A stretch of 36,970 nucleotides of DNA from a virus (taxonomy: Duplodnaviria; Caudoviricetes): the IMG/VR virus record IMGVR_UViG_3300035660_000042, positions 1 through 36,970 of that record, one strand, 5' to 3'. Below the pieces are notes generated by a model. That model had not been told where the DNA came from. It worked only from the letters and a program-made list of their open reading frames with translations, and did not search any database. The position numbers were made by a program, and so were the translations under genes. Shown here one piece after another: positions 9,326 to 18,816 of this stretch (positions within the stretch are counted from its first letter, which is position 1; every line of letters begins with the position of its first letter).

Positions 9326-9597
9326 AACCTACAAACTGGAATAAGCTAAGCAAGAAAGAGAAGAAAGCAATAGCTATGAATTTACTTACTTCAGTAAGAG
9401 GAACTTATCTAATAAGTCAAGCATTTAGCAGAGCAATAGAAGTAATGAAAAAAGAAAAATATCCAGAAACTTCAAACATACAAGATATGGAAATGCTAAG
9501 AGAAATTCTTTTTAATTTATTTATTGATGATAAAAAAATAAAGGAGTTAATAGAAAATGAAAGAAAGCAACATAACAATAAGTCCATTAAAACTTAA
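9322..9597 (+). CDS. hypothetical protein
   Basis: ATGA coupling; typical composition. Confidence 0.65.
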   Translation: MKPTNWNKLSKKEKKAIAMNLLTSVRGTYLISQAFSRAIEVMKKEKYPETSNIQDMEMLREILFNLFIDDKKIKELIENERKQHNNKSIKT

Positions 9598-9796
9598 ATG
9601 TCCAAAAAGCAGAAAAGCAGGATTGGGCAAAAGAAATGGTAGTAATATCGGCAGATGTTTAAAAGCACAAGAAAAAAAGAATAAATGCTTTTCTGTAAAT
9701 TTTAAAGATTTAGCAGATAAAAAGAAAAATCCAAACTTTAAGTTAGGTGCAGAAAGCATTTTAAAAAACGAGAAAATTAAGAAAAAATCTATTTAA
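9557..9796 (+). CDS. basic hypothetical protein
   Basis: AGGAG RBS upstream. Confidence 0.5.
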   Translation: MKESNITISPLKLKCPKSRKAGLGKRNGSNIGRCLKAQEKKNKCFSVNFKDLADKKKNPNFKLGAESILKNEKIKKKSI

Positions 9797-9860
9797 ACTC
9801 TAAAGTAATAAAAAAACAATAATAAAATATATATAGACAAGATAATTTGATATATATAAA

Positions 9861-10049
9861 ATGGAAGATAAAAAATTACAGAAATTAATAAAAAAATATA
9901 ATAAAGTATGCTACAAATTAGAGCAATTTAATGAACAAGCATTTGAACTTGAAAAAGAAATGCATTATTTACATAATTCAAAAATAATAATTCAAAATCA
10001 TAAATTAAATTTAACTGGAAAACACGACACCAGCAGGAGTAAAAAATGA
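9861..10049 (+). CDS. hypothetical coiled-coil protein
   Basis: ORF downstream of a TATA-like sequence. Confidence 0.5.
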   Translation: MEDKKLQKLIKKYNKVCYKLEQFNEQAFELEKEMHYLHNSKIIIQNHKLNLTGKHDTSRSKK

Positions 10050-10483
10050 AAGAAGCAGAAGGATTTATAACAGCAGTAAGAAAAGACAAAAAAGGGCTTA
10101 AGTTAGGCGAAAACTGGTTTAGTAATCAATTCCTAAAAGAAGACATACAATTTACAACAGGCGACAAAGTAAAAGTAACTACAAACGACAAAGGATTTTT
10201 ACAAAAAGTAGACTTAATAGAAAAAGCTACTAAAGAAACATTTACACCTTTCAAAGAACAAAGCGAAGACAAACGAGCAACTGAATTAATGAATTGCATT
10301 ACTGCATTAACCATAAAAACTATGGAATACAACGGAGCATCTGTTCCAAGAGTAATAACTGAAATAGACAAAGTAATGCCCTTTATAGCAGATGTAGTAA
10401 GCAAAAGCTACAAATTAGTGAAAATTAACATAACTGAAAAGCCAAAAGTAAAAGAAAAAGACGAAAATGCAGAAGAAGATTAA
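10046..10483 (+). CDS. putative OB-fold ssDNA-binding protein
   Basis: EGFITAVR..KGLKLGENWFS...GDKVKVT OB-like pattern with an acidic C-terminal tail. Confidence 0.5.
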   Translation: MKEAEGFITAVRKDKKGLKLGENWFSNQFLKEDIQFTTGDKVKVTTNDKGFLQKVDLIEKATKETFTPFKEQSEDKRATELMNCITALTIKTMEYNGASVPRVITEIDKVMPFIADVVSKSYKLVKINITEKPKVKEKDENAEED

Positions 10484-10487
10484 ATTT

Positions 10488-10510
10488 AGGCGGAGAAATC
10501 CGCCTTTTTT
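10488..10510 (+). terminator. GC hairpin plus U-tract terminator
   Basis: AGGCGGA-GAAA-TCCGCCT followed by a T run. Confidence 0.75.
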
Positions 10511-10528
10511 AAAAATAGCAAAACAAAA

Positions 10529-10828
10529 ATGGAAATAAAAATAGAACTAAGCGATTGTAAAAGTTGTAAAGAAGGATTAAGATATTTTAAGTTATTGCAA
10601 AAACAGCATAAAAGACATTATGCTAATATGAATATGAAAAACTATACATTAATTGATGGAATTTATTTAAGTCCAGATTATAATTGTTCAGGACACTTGA
10701 CACACTTTCATATATCTAAGGCAGATAAAATTACTTTAAAAAGAACAATTGAAGCAATAGAAAGACAGGAAAAGGAAAGTAAAACAATAATGAAAGCAAA
10801 GAAAGATGGAAGATGGAAAAAAAATTAA
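10529..10828 (+). CDS. hypothetical protein (CxxC)
   Basis: ORF in the early operon. Confidence 0.55.
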   Translation: MEIKIELSDCKSCKEGLRYFKLLQKQHKRHYANMNMKNYTLIDGIYLSPDYNCSGHLTHFHISKADKITLKRTIEAIERQEKESKTIMKAKKDGRWKKN

Positions 10829-11019
10829 GAACTTTAAAAGATTTAGGGGGCTGGGAAAGGATACTTAAGGAAGACTTACCAAACGAACATATTTTCAAAG
10901 GAGAATTAAGACAAGAAGCAATTAAATGGATTAAGTCTGGGAAAATGGTTGAAGGAGCTAAATTTTGGGCAATTAAATTTTTTAATCTAACAAATAAGGA
11001 TTTAGAATGGAAAGACTAA
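10813..11019 (+). CDS. hypothetical protein
   Basis: LRTLKD...ELRQEAIKWIK...FFNLT..DL; overlaps neighbouring genes. Confidence 0.65.
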   Translation: MEKKLRTLKDLGGWERILKEDLPNEHIFKGELRQEAIKWIKSGKMVEGAKFWAIKFFNLTNKDLEWKD

Positions 11020-11216
11020 CAGAAAAACAAAAACAATTATTAAGAAAGATGGTAGATTATACTTGTGAAGAATGTAACAAACACGAAAGAACAGTAGGCA
11101 AATTAATTCCTCACAGAATAGTCAGAGGAAGTGTAGGAGGCAAATATATTCCAAGAAATATTAAACTTATTTGCAAGAAATGTCATAAGTTATATCACTT
11201 TACAGAACCAAAATGA
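11007..11216 (+). CDS. small HNH endonuclease-like protein
   Basis: CEEC...HRI...GG.Y...N...CKKCH. Confidence 0.8.
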   Translation: MERLTEKQKQLLRKMVDYTCEECNKHERTVGKLIPHRIVRGSVGGKYIPRNIKLICKKCHKLYHFTEPK

Positions 11217-11302
11217 ACAAAGAATTTAATTTACAAAAGAGAAACTATGAGAAAGGGATTAATGTAAAGGGAATGCAGATAGATTAAGGAGGTTAAGAGA
11301 TA

Positions 11303-11605
11303 ATGAATAATGATTTTGTATTAAGCGAGAAAATAGCATTTGGACTGGATGGATTTAAAACAAAAGATGTAAAAGAATTTATTAGAATATTAAAAGAAGA
11401 AGACTACTATAAATTAGCTATATGGCTACATACAACTTATGAAAATTTATCTTTGGAAGAAGGATGGGAAACTCAAGAAGAATGTAAAGTTATGTTTGAT
11501 AATCTTCCACAAAAAAATAAAAATGTTATGTTAAAATTAGCTTGTGCCTTAATTGAAAAATATAATAATAAAGCAGATAAATTTGCAGGAAAAGATTTAA
11601 TATGA
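11303..11605 (+). CDS. hypothetical protein
   Basis: GGAGGT RBS. Confidence 0.65.
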   Translation: MNNDFVLSEKIAFGLDGFKTKDVKEFIRILKEEDYYKLAIWLHTTYENLSLEEGWETQEECKVMFDNLPQKNKNVMLKLACALIEKYNNKADKFAGKDLI

Positions 11606-11799
11606 CAAAAGAATTTTTTGAAATAGGAAAATACGAACAAATAGTAAAGATAGAAAGAAACAAAATAACAGACATTACTTGCACTTGCAGATGGAGTAGT
11701 CTATATCCAAACAATTATAAGGAAGGAAAGCAAATTTGTAAGCATATTATCAAATTAATCAAACTTTTAAATAAGTGTAAGGAGGTATCAAGAAAATGA
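11602..11799 (+). CDS. SWIM-like zinc-finger protein
   Basis: CTC...CKH motif. Confidence 0.65.
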   Translation: MTKEFFEIGKYEQIVKIERNKITDITCTCRWSSLYPNNYKEGKQICKHIIKLIKLLNKCKEVSRK

Positions 11800-12383
11800 A
11801 AGGAATTAAACCTATAATTATTTCAAGAGAGAAAGCACTAAAAGAATGGAAGAAATGTATAGAATTACTTAGAGAAAGAAAAGAGAAGCATATAGAAGAA
11901 TTAAGACGACTTTACTATCACGCAAGCAAAGGAAAGAAAATAATAGATGTTTACGAAGCTATGAAGTTTGCAGGACTTAACGAAAAGGAAGAACCTAAGT
12001 TAGCAATCGCAAGAGCAGACTTAAAAACAATTAATTTTAAGAAAGAAAGTAATGGAGCAGGAAATTTTTGCAGTATCACTTGGAAATGGAAGGAAGGAGA
12101 TGTTTATTTTCCTATTAAGACTTTTCCAAATTTTAAACTAAAAGAAAATAGCACTTGGGAAGTAGCAGAACCATCAAATATACTAACAAATGTTCCTATA
12201 ATTCCAGCAAGCAAAATGCCAAAAGGAAAGCTAAGCAACTATCATATACTTTGGGAAGTAGATAAATGGGAGAATATACCAAAAGACCCTATTCTATTGA
12301 GAAGAATAACAAAGAACTTATTTATTGTAGAAGCAACTTTTAATCTAACTAAACTTGAACAAGCATTAATAAGAGGCAGATAA
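11796..12383 (+). CDS. hypothetical protein
   Basis: GGAGGT RBS; C-terminal ILWEV...DPILL. Confidence 0.7.
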   Translation: MKGIKPIIISREKALKEWKKCIELLRERKEKHIEELRRLYYHASKGKKIIDVYEAMKFAGLNEKEEPKLAIARADLKTINFKKESNGAGNFCSITWKWKEGDVYFPIKTFPNFKLKENSTWEVAEPSNILTNVPIIPASKMPKGKLSNYHILWEVDKWENIPKDPILLRRITKNLFIVEATFNLTKLEQALIRGR

Positions 12384-12565
12384 TGAAATCAGCAAAAGAA
12401 ACTATTTATAACTTTTCCGAAAAGAAAGAAGATTTAATAGAAGAAGTAAAAAACTCAATAGAATATTGGAAAAAATGCGGGTTAGTAGTAGATGTTATAG
12501 AAATAAGTTTTGAACAATTACCTAAATATCAAAGCAATCCAGAAGAAGGGAACTTGCCAAAATGA
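12383..12565 (+). CDS. hypothetical protein
   Basis: TAATG coupling. Confidence 0.55.
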   Translation: MKSAKETIYNFSEKKEDLIEEVKNSIEYWKKCGLVVDVIEISFEQLPKYQSNPEEGNLPK

Positions 12566-12729
12566 GAAAAACGAAAAATAAATGTGACGAGTGCGGAACT
12601 GAATTAGAAAAGACATTTGTTCTAACGCAGTTTAATATTCCTTTTATATGTTGGGTTTGCCCAAAGAGTGAATGTTATCAACTTTATAAAAAAGAGTTTG
12701 AAAATAAATATCAGCATAAGAAAAAATGA
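12562..12729 (+). CDS. small zinc-ribbon protein (55 aa)
   Basis: CDECG...CPKSEC; ATGA overlaps on both sides. Confidence 0.6.
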   Translation: MRKTKNKCDECGTELEKTFVLTQFNIPFICWVCPKSECYQLYKKEFENKYQHKKK

Positions 12730-12896
12730 AAAATAAAGAAGAAATAGAACAAGAAATTAAAGAATTGGAAGAACGAGCTTTAGAAAGAATTAGACAAGGA
12801 TATGCTACTCTGAAATATGCTATTGTTTTTAGATTGCAAGCTCTTAAATGGGTATTAGAAGATACACAAGTAGAAACAGGAAAGGAGTGCTTATAA
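12726..12896 (+). CDS. small coiled-coil protein with LKWVL motif
   Basis: ATGA coupling; resembles 18638-18799. Confidence 0.55.
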   Translation: MKNKEEIEQEIKELEERALERIRQGYATLKYAIVFRLQALKWVLEDTQVETGKECL

Positions 12897-12897
12897 A

Positions 12898-13200
12898 ATG
12901 AAAACCATAACTGAAGAAATAAAGAAAGTTGAAAGAGAAAGTTTAGGAAAGTTAATAAGAGAGATAAATTCGCATTTTAAAGTTCACAAGAAGACTTGTT
13001 TTTCTATTGTAATGTGGGAATTAAGATGCTGGCAGAATGGATATTGGTCTGTTGAAGTAATTGATGATTGGCATAAATGGATGAAAAAAAGAATAAGCTT
13101 ACCAAGTTTACAATATTTAACACCAGAAATGGCTTGTATTGAGTTTCTAAAATTCATCAAAAGAAATAAAATAAACATAAGAAGTTTGCAAGGAAAATGA
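12898..13200 (+). CDS. hypothetical protein
   Basis: AGGAG RBS. Confidence 0.6.
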   Translation: MKTITEEIKKVERESLGKLIREINSHFKVHKKTCFSIVMWELRCWQNGYWSVEVIDDWHKWMKKRISLPSLQYLTPEMACIEFLKFIKRNKINIRSLQGK

Positions 13201-13514
13201 CAATTCAAGAAGAAATAAAGAAAGTTGAAGAAGAACCAATACAGATTTTAGATAATGGTGAATGGAGAAGATTAGAAATAAACGATATAAAGAAAATGGT
13301 TAAGAAGTCAAAGCTCAAAGGAAAGCAAGAAGCCCAGAAATTCTTTAAAGATGCTGTTGAAAAATATTTTGAAAAGAAATCTATTGAATTACAGAATAAG
13401 TTAAATCAAAAACAAGTAGCAAGATTTGAAAAAGAAACAGGATGTATAAATTATTTAAAAATAAGTTTAGATGAAGTTGAGCAAGAGCTTTTAAAAGTTT
13501 TAGAGGAAAAATGA
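13197..13514 (+). CDS. hypothetical coiled-coil protein
   Basis: ATGA coupling; N-terminus shared with the previous gene. Confidence 0.6.
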   Translation: MTIQEEIKKVEEEPIQILDNGEWRRLEINDIKKMVKKSKLKGKQEAQKFFKDAVEKYFEKKSIELQNKLNQKQVARFEKETGCINYLKISLDEVEQELLKVLEEK

Positions 13515-13675
13515 AAATAGAAGAAATCCATACCTGCGAAAAATCAGAAGGAAAAATAGTTTGTATTGAAATAGATATGTTAGGAAATACTTATTGTGCA
13601 TATTGTCATTCTCAAGTTCCTTATGGCAAATATTTTAATGAATTAAAAAAATTAAGAAGAGAAAATGAAATATAG
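13511..13675 (+). CDS. small Cys-rich protein (54 aa)
   Basis: HTC...CAYC; ATGA coupling. Confidence 0.5.
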   Translation: MKIEEIHTCEKSEGKIVCIEIDMLGNTYCAYCHSQVPYGKYFNELKKLRRENEI

Positions 13676-13792
13676 CCATAAAGGATGTTATATTTCAAAA
13701 AGTTGTTCAATTTGTAAAAATGAAATTTATAGACTGTGGGGAAAAAAGAAGTTATGTTATAGATGTTATAGAAAAGAACTAAAGAAGAGAAA

Positions 13793-14179
13793 ATGAGCAT
13801 AGATTGTAGTAAATGCAAAGATAGAGGTTGTTGCTGTGGAATTATGATATTTACAAAAGATTTTATAGACAAACATAAGGATAAAATTCAAGTCAAAGAC
13901 TTTAAAGAAATAGCAGAAGGAGAGTTAATTCATTTATTTATTGATGATGGAGGTTGTCCTTTTTTGAATAGAGCAACGAAAGTATGTGAGATTTACGAAG
14001 ATAGACCAGAAATATGTAGAAGATATGGAATAGACTTAAGCGACAATTTTAAGATAGCTTGTCCTTATTTCAAGCCAAATGGAAACGAATGGAGTGAAGC
14101 TATGAAAAAAAGAATAGAAAGACATAGAGAACATTTTATAAATAAAGTATTTAAAAGTGTAGAGCATCAAAATGAATAA
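13793..14179 (+). CDS. YkgJ-family Cys-cluster (Zn/Fe-chelating) protein
   Basis: CSKC..RGCCC, CPFL, CEIYEDRPEICRRY. Confidence 0.85.
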   Translation: MSIDCSKCKDRGCCCGIMIFTKDFIDKHKDKIQVKDFKEIAEGELIHLFIDDGGCPFLNRATKVCEIYEDRPEICRRYGIDLSDNFKIACPYFKPNGNEWSEAMKKRIERHREHFINKVFKSVEHQNE

Positions 14180-14483
14180 AGAAGATATAACTAACTTTGT
14201 AATATATTCAGACAAATGCTTTTTTTGTGGCAAAAGTTTGATAGGTGTAGAAAAAGAGAAGCATCACGCAATACCTAAATGTCTGAAGCCATCTATGAAT
14301 GTATTAATACCTATGCACAAAGAATGTCACGCAATAATAAATAAGATGTATATAAATCAACAAAAGAAGCCACAAAATAGACTACTAAAAAGAATAAAGA
14401 ATTTAATGAGAGTTTTACTGACAGTAATGGATAGTTGCGAAGAAATGCAAAAGGAGATAGAAAATGAACAAAAAGAAAGCTGA
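14172..14483 (+). CDS. HNH-like protein
   Basis: CFFC...HHAIP...N...HKECH. Confidence 0.7.
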   Translation: MNKEDITNFVIYSDKCFFCGKSLIGVEKEKHHAIPKCLKPSMNVLIPMHKECHAIINKMYINQQKKPQNRLLKRIKNLMRVLLTVMDSCEEMQKEIENEQKES

Positions 14484-14802
14484 AAAAAAGCTAAGAAACA
14501 AGTTAGATAAGGAATGGCGAGAACAAGTTAAAGCAATTTATAACAATAAATGTGCTATTTGCGGAGAGACAAAAATGCTTAATGCACATCATATAATTCC
14601 AAAGGAAATAAAAGAATTTCGCTGGGATATAGATAATGCTATAGCTTTATGCCCAAAGCATCATAGATTTGGTTTTAAAATATCTGCACATCAAAATCCT
14701 CTTATTTTCTTGTTGTTATTTGAAAAGTTATATCCTGAAAGATATAATGCAATAATAATTAAAGCAAAAGATATATTACAAAATATATCTTATAGTATAT
14801 AA
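14464..14802 (+). CDS. HNH endonuclease (NinG-like)
   Basis: CAICG...LNAHHIIP...RWDIDNAIALCPKHH. Confidence 0.8.
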   Translation: MNKKKAEKKLRNKLDKEWREQVKAIYNNKCAICGETKMLNAHHIIPKEIKEFRWDIDNAIALCPKHHRFGFKISAHQNPLIFLLLFEKLYPERYNAIIIKAKDILQNISYSI

Positions 14803-14824
14803 TAATAAAGTTGTAATACAAAGA

Positions 14825-14832
14825 TTTAAATA
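14825..14832 (+). promoter_or_regulatory. TATA box
   Basis: TTTAAATA 29 nt before the ATG at 14854. Confidence 0.65.
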
Positions 14833-14853
14833 CAAGAGATATATAATATGACT

Positions 14854-15351
14854 ATGGAGCTTGTAAAAGTTAAGATTAGTGATTTGAAAGAATACGAAGG
14901 CAACCCAAGAAAGATGGATGATGATATGTTTAGAAATTTAGTTAATTCTCTAAAAGAATACGGTTATGTAGAGCCAATAATTATTAACAAAGATAAGCAA
15001 GTAATAGGTGGAAATTATAGATTAAAGGCATTAAGAGAGATTTTTGAAGAAAATGCAGAAGTAGAAGCTGTAACTATTGATTTGCCTAAGAATAAAGAAA
15101 TAAAACTGAACATAATTTTGAACAAAATAACAGGAGAATTTGATTTAGATAAGTTAAGAGAAGTATTAATTAGCTTAGACAATGCAGGAGAGAGTATAAA
15201 TGACTTAGGTTTTAATGAACAAGAATTGAACATCATAACAGAAGGACTAACAGAATTAAAGAGTGAATATTCTCAAGATGGAATTGATGAGTTAGACAAA
15301 AGCAAAGAAAGATTAATGCTGATTTATACTTTACAACCGCTTCTACTTTGA
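14854..15351 (+). CDS. ParB/Srx N-terminal-domain protein
   Basis: NPRK, LVNSLKEYGYVEPIIIN, IGGNYRLKAL, LNKITGEFD. Confidence 0.85.
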   Translation: MELVKVKISDLKEYEGNPRKMDDDMFRNLVNSLKEYGYVEPIIINKDKQVIGGNYRLKALREIFEENAEVEAVTIDLPKNKEIKLNIILNKITGEFDLDKLREVLISLDNAGESINDLGFNEQELNIITEGLTELKSEYSQDGIDELDKSKERLMLIYTLQPLLL

Positions 15352-15929
15352 CTGAGAGAATGATTAAAGCAATAACTCAAACAGTTAATATTAACAAGAT
15401 AATATTAGACTATTATTCTTGGGACGAAAAACTTGAACTATATTATAACAAAGAGAAAGCTATTGAGATGTTTAAATGGTTTAAAGAAGAAGGAATAGAC
15501 AAAAGTGTAGAGTTAGATTTTAGTGTGTTTTATGACAAAGTTAAGATAGTTAATTTGTATAACTTACATTTTGCAAACAAGCGAAGTAAAGATTTACTTA
15601 ACTTCGGATTTAAGATTTTGATTAACTTTAATTTAATACATCCAGACTATTTTGAAGTAGCAGATTGCTATCTTCCTAAGACAATTAATACCTTAGTATG
15701 CGACAATAATCATAAATTCAGCAAAACTTATCTGCAAAAAGACAGGGAAGTATTTGAAATGTTGTATAAAAGCGGAAGAAAGATTAAGAATATAATTTTT
15801 ATAGATGGAAAAAAAAATCACGCTTATTTACTGCCCATACTTAAGTCATTAGAAGCAGAAGATACAACTTATACTTTTATTCCATCAAGAGCAAATATTA
15901 TAAGTATTTTTATGAGAGGCAAAAAATGA
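15348..15929 (+). CDS. hypothetical protein (possibly a frameshifted continuation of the ParB gene)
   Basis: Long ORF overlapping the ParB stop; start is uncertain (TTG 15348 or ATG 15360). Confidence 0.6.
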   Translation: MTERMIKAITQTVNINKIILDYYSWDEKLELYYNKEKAIEMFKWFKEEGIDKSVELDFSVFYDKVKIVNLYNLHFANKRSKDLLNFGFKILINFNLIHPDYFEVADCYLPKTINTLVCDNNHKFSKTYLQKDREVFEMLYKSGRKIKNIIFIDGKKNHAYLLPILKSLEAEDTTYTFIPSRANIISIFMRGKK

Positions 15930-16411
15930 CAATGAAATTAAAATCTATGAAGGAAGGATATGAATTTGAAGATGATATAGGATTTAAAGCTTGTGGAAAG
16001 TGCCATAATTGTTGCAGACAATTCTTTACAAGTTATAGACCTAAGATATTTAGTGAAGAAATAAACAGAATAGCTTTAGTAAAGAATTTAAAAGTTGAAG
16101 ACTTTACACAAGATTATAAAGGAGAAAAAATAATAAGATTTGACGAAAACTATTGGTGTCCTTTTATAGACAAGCATCATAAAACAGGCAAATGCACGAT
16201 TTGGGATATTAAGCCAATAGAATGCAGTTTATATCCTATTTTCTGCTTTACAGAGGAAGGAAGAAAAGTTATAGCAATAGATTTAAATTGTCCATTAACT
16301 AAAGCAGGAGAATTTGAAGTAGATGTAGCTGACATACTTAAGCATAACAGATATTTTGAACAAATAAGGCACTGCAAAAAGTTTAGTAAAGCTATTTTAT
16401 TGAAATGTTAA
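15926..16411 (+). CDS. YkgJ-family Cys-cluster protein
   Basis: CGKCHNCC, CPFI, CTIWDIKPIECSLYP. Confidence 0.85.
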   Translation: MTMKLKSMKEGYEFEDDIGFKACGKCHNCCRQFFTSYRPKIFSEEINRIALVKNLKVEDFTQDYKGEKIIRFDENYWCPFIDKHHKTGKCTIWDIKPIECSLYPIFCFTEEGRKVIAIDLNCPLTKAGEFEVDVADILKHNRYFEQIRHCKKFSKAILLKC

Positions 16412-16412
16412 A

Positions 16413-16631
16413 ATGAGCAGTAAAGTAAAAGAAAGATTAAAAAGACTAATGTTAGAATTGTTACACGAAGAAAGAATATTTTTAGATAATTCGCTTGAAC
16501 AATTAACTGGAAAAACTTGTGATGAGGCAATAGAAATGCTATCAGATGAGCAAATAAAGGATATAGTTGAAAAGATAAAAATTAAGAAAAGAAAGAAGAA
16601 AATGGAAATGGAGGAGCCTATACCAGCATAA
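16413..16631 (+). CDS. hypothetical protein
   Basis: Coupled to both neighbours. Confidence 0.6.
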   Translation: MSSKVKERLKRLMLELLHEERIFLDNSLEQLTGKTCDEAIEMLSDEQIKDIVEKIKIKKRKKKMEMEEPIPA

Positions 16632-17302
16632 TGGCAGACGAATTAACAGGAAATCCACAGACAAATGAACAAGAGGTAGTTAATGATAATACTATACCTA
16701 ATAAAACTAAAAATAACTTAAATAAAGGTGGGAGACCTTTCAAAAAAGATGCAAAAACAGAAGCAAGAAGAGATTTTGTATGGGGTTTAATGAAGCAAAG
16801 AGGAGTGCATAACTTTCCTATAAAGGATGTTGCAGACAAATTTAATGTTTCTGAAATGGCTATTTATGCTGATATTTCTAAGAATTTAGATAGAATGCCT
16901 CTACCACTCATAGAAAAAGAAGCCAAAAGTCTTCTATTGGCTTATAATAGGGCAATTAGTCAGGCTTTTAGGTTGTTAGAAGTAAATATACCTACTTATC
17001 AAGAACCAGTTAAAATAGCCACAGAAGCAGACAAAGATTATAATAGAAGATGTTTAGAAGCAGAAAGAAATTACTTTATGCACAGAACCCAAACAATACA
17101 AACTATTTCTGATGGAATAAGCAAATTATTGTTAGCTACTAAGGAATATACAGAGTTTTTAGAGAAATATGGATTTAAAGAGAAAATAGCAGAGAAATTA
17201 GAAATAAAGGAAGTAAGCATACATAAAGTATTAATGGTTATGGAGAAATTGGAAAATGAAGGCAGAAAAATACTCTCTTACGATGACTTTGCAGAAGAGT
17301 GA
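16631..17302 (+). CDS. terS: terminase small subunit (putative)
   Basis: KGGRP motif, HTH-like segment (DVADKFNVSEMAIYADI), overlaps the TerL start. Confidence 0.7.
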   Translation: MADELTGNPQTNEQEVVNDNTIPNKTKNNLNKGGRPFKKDAKTEARRDFVWGLMKQRGVHNFPIKDVADKFNVSEMAIYADISKNLDRMPLPLIEKEAKSLLLAYNRAISQAFRLLEVNIPTYQEPVKIATEADKDYNRRCLEAERNYFMHRTQTIQTISDGISKLLLATKEYTEFLEKYGFKEKIAEKLEIKEVSIHKVLMVMEKLENEGRKILSYDDFAEE

Positions 17303-18641
17303 GGAAAGCTTTAGATATTTTTTAGAAAATATATATCCTCTCTCTTTTCATAAAGGAGTATATAAATCAGTAAAACATACATTAAATTGGGCGGATTTGA
17401 TGCAGAATAATAGAAAAATGGCTTTACTTAGTGCAAGAAAGCATCTTAAATCAAGCACTCTTTATGCTTATGTGATGTGGAGATTATTGCATACTAAGAA
17501 AGATTATGAGATTTTATACTTATCTTACAAAAGCGATATGGCACAGTATCACACGAAGAATATTAAAAACTTAATATTAAAAAATCCTTTCTTTGAAGAT
17601 GTTAAAGATTTAACTCAAGCAGAAAGCATCTTAAAATTTCAAAGTTTAAAAGGATATAAGTTTGTAGTAGAGCCAGAAGGAATAATGAGTTTCAAAAGAG
17701 GCAGACATCCTGACGAAGTTTTAAATGATGATATACTTGCAGACCCAACAAACGAATTGAATTTGTTAGTAATAGACAAAATAAGCAGAACTTTCTTTGA
17801 AGATGTTATGAGTTTGCCTAAAGAAGGAGGAAGAATATATTTATTTGGAACTCCACAACATCAAGAAGACTTATTTTTTAAGCTAAAGAATAATGAAGGT
17901 TGGATTTGGAGCGAAAATAAAGCTATAATTAATGAAGCTAACAAGGAAGTATTATGGATTGAAATGTTTCCTTTTGAAAGATTATTAGAAATAAGAGACA
18001 AAGAAATAGGAGAAAAAGCTTTCAATAAAGAGTATATGTGTTCTCCAGTTTATAGTGAAGAAGCATTTTTTAGAAGAGAAGAATTATTAAACATAGTAAA
18101 TGTTAAATTAGAAAATAAGATTAAGTTGCCAGAATTTAGTTATGGATTATTAATAAGCGGATTAGACATAGGCAAACACGCACATCCAAGCCATTTCGTA
18201 ATATTTGCAAAAGATAGAGAAAATAGATATATAATGTTATATGAGAAATTCTTTGACAATATGGAATACATTGTGCAAGCAAAATTCATTAACGAAATAA
18301 TAAATAATTTGAAAGTAAGTAAAGTATATTTTGACAATACAAGAGGAGAATTTGAAGGATTTTTAGAAGAAGGAATAATAGTAAAAAATATTTGGATGCC
18401 TGTTAGGTTCAGCACACAAGAGAAATTTACTATGGCGGCAAACTTTGAAAAGATAGTTAAAGACAAGAGGATAGAATTAATTAATGATGAGAGAATGATA
18501 AAAAGCATAGCAAGTGTTAATAATGACTTAGAAGCCTTAGAAACTCCTGAAGGACACGGAGATGCGTTTTGGAGTATTGCATTAGCACTAAGCTATGAAA
18601 TAGAAAATAAATTTATGTTTCAATTTGTAACTATCAAATGA
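17256..18641 (+). CDS. terL: terminase large subunit
   Basis: Variant Walker A ARKHLKS, RGRHPD, Walker B VLNDD, GTP coupling motif, F.KEY, nuclease motifs GLDIG and HGDAFWS. Confidence 0.92.
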   Translation: MKAEKYSLTMTLQKSEESFRYFLENIYPLSFHKGVYKSVKHTLNWADLMQNNRKMALLSARKHLKSSTLYAYVMWRLLHTKKDYEILYLSYKSDMAQYHTKNIKNLILKNPFFEDVKDLTQAESILKFQSLKGYKFVVEPEGIMSFKRGRHPDEVLNDDILADPTNELNLLVIDKISRTFFEDVMSLPKEGGRIYLFGTPQHQEDLFFKLKNNEGWIWSENKAIINEANKEVLWIEMFPFERLLEIRDKEIGEKAFNKEYMCSPVYSEEAFFRREELLNIVNVKLENKIKLPEFSYGLLISGLDIGKHAHPSHFVIFAKDRENRYIMLYEKFFDNMEYIVQAKFINEIINNLKVSKVYFDNTRGEFEGFLEEGIIVKNIWMPVRFSTQEKFTMAANFEKIVKDKRIELINDERMIKSIASVNNDLEALETPEGHGDAFWSIALALSYEIENKFMFQFVTIK

Positions 18642-18799
18642 GAGAAGAAAAGGAAGTAAAAGAAAGATTAAGCAATTATATAGCTAATTTGAATATAGTA
18701 AAAAATCAATCTGCAATTAATGTAATTAAACAAGCAATATTAGAATTAAGTTGGGTGCTTGGAAAAGAAAGTAATATTATTTATGATGAGAGAAGATAA
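18638..18799 (+). CDS. small protein with LSWVL motif (53 aa)
   Basis: ATGA coupling to terL. Confidence 0.55.
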   Translation: MREEKEVKERLSNYIANLNIVKNQSAINVIKQAILELSWVLGKESNIIYDERR

Positions 18800-18816
18800 A
18801 TCAGGAGGTTAAACAA

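Noticed and set aside
15329-15374. BHB intron joining ParB to the next ORF
   Set aside because: The best fold (CTTT/AAAG) has almost no inner stem, and the 37-nt excision leads to a stop.
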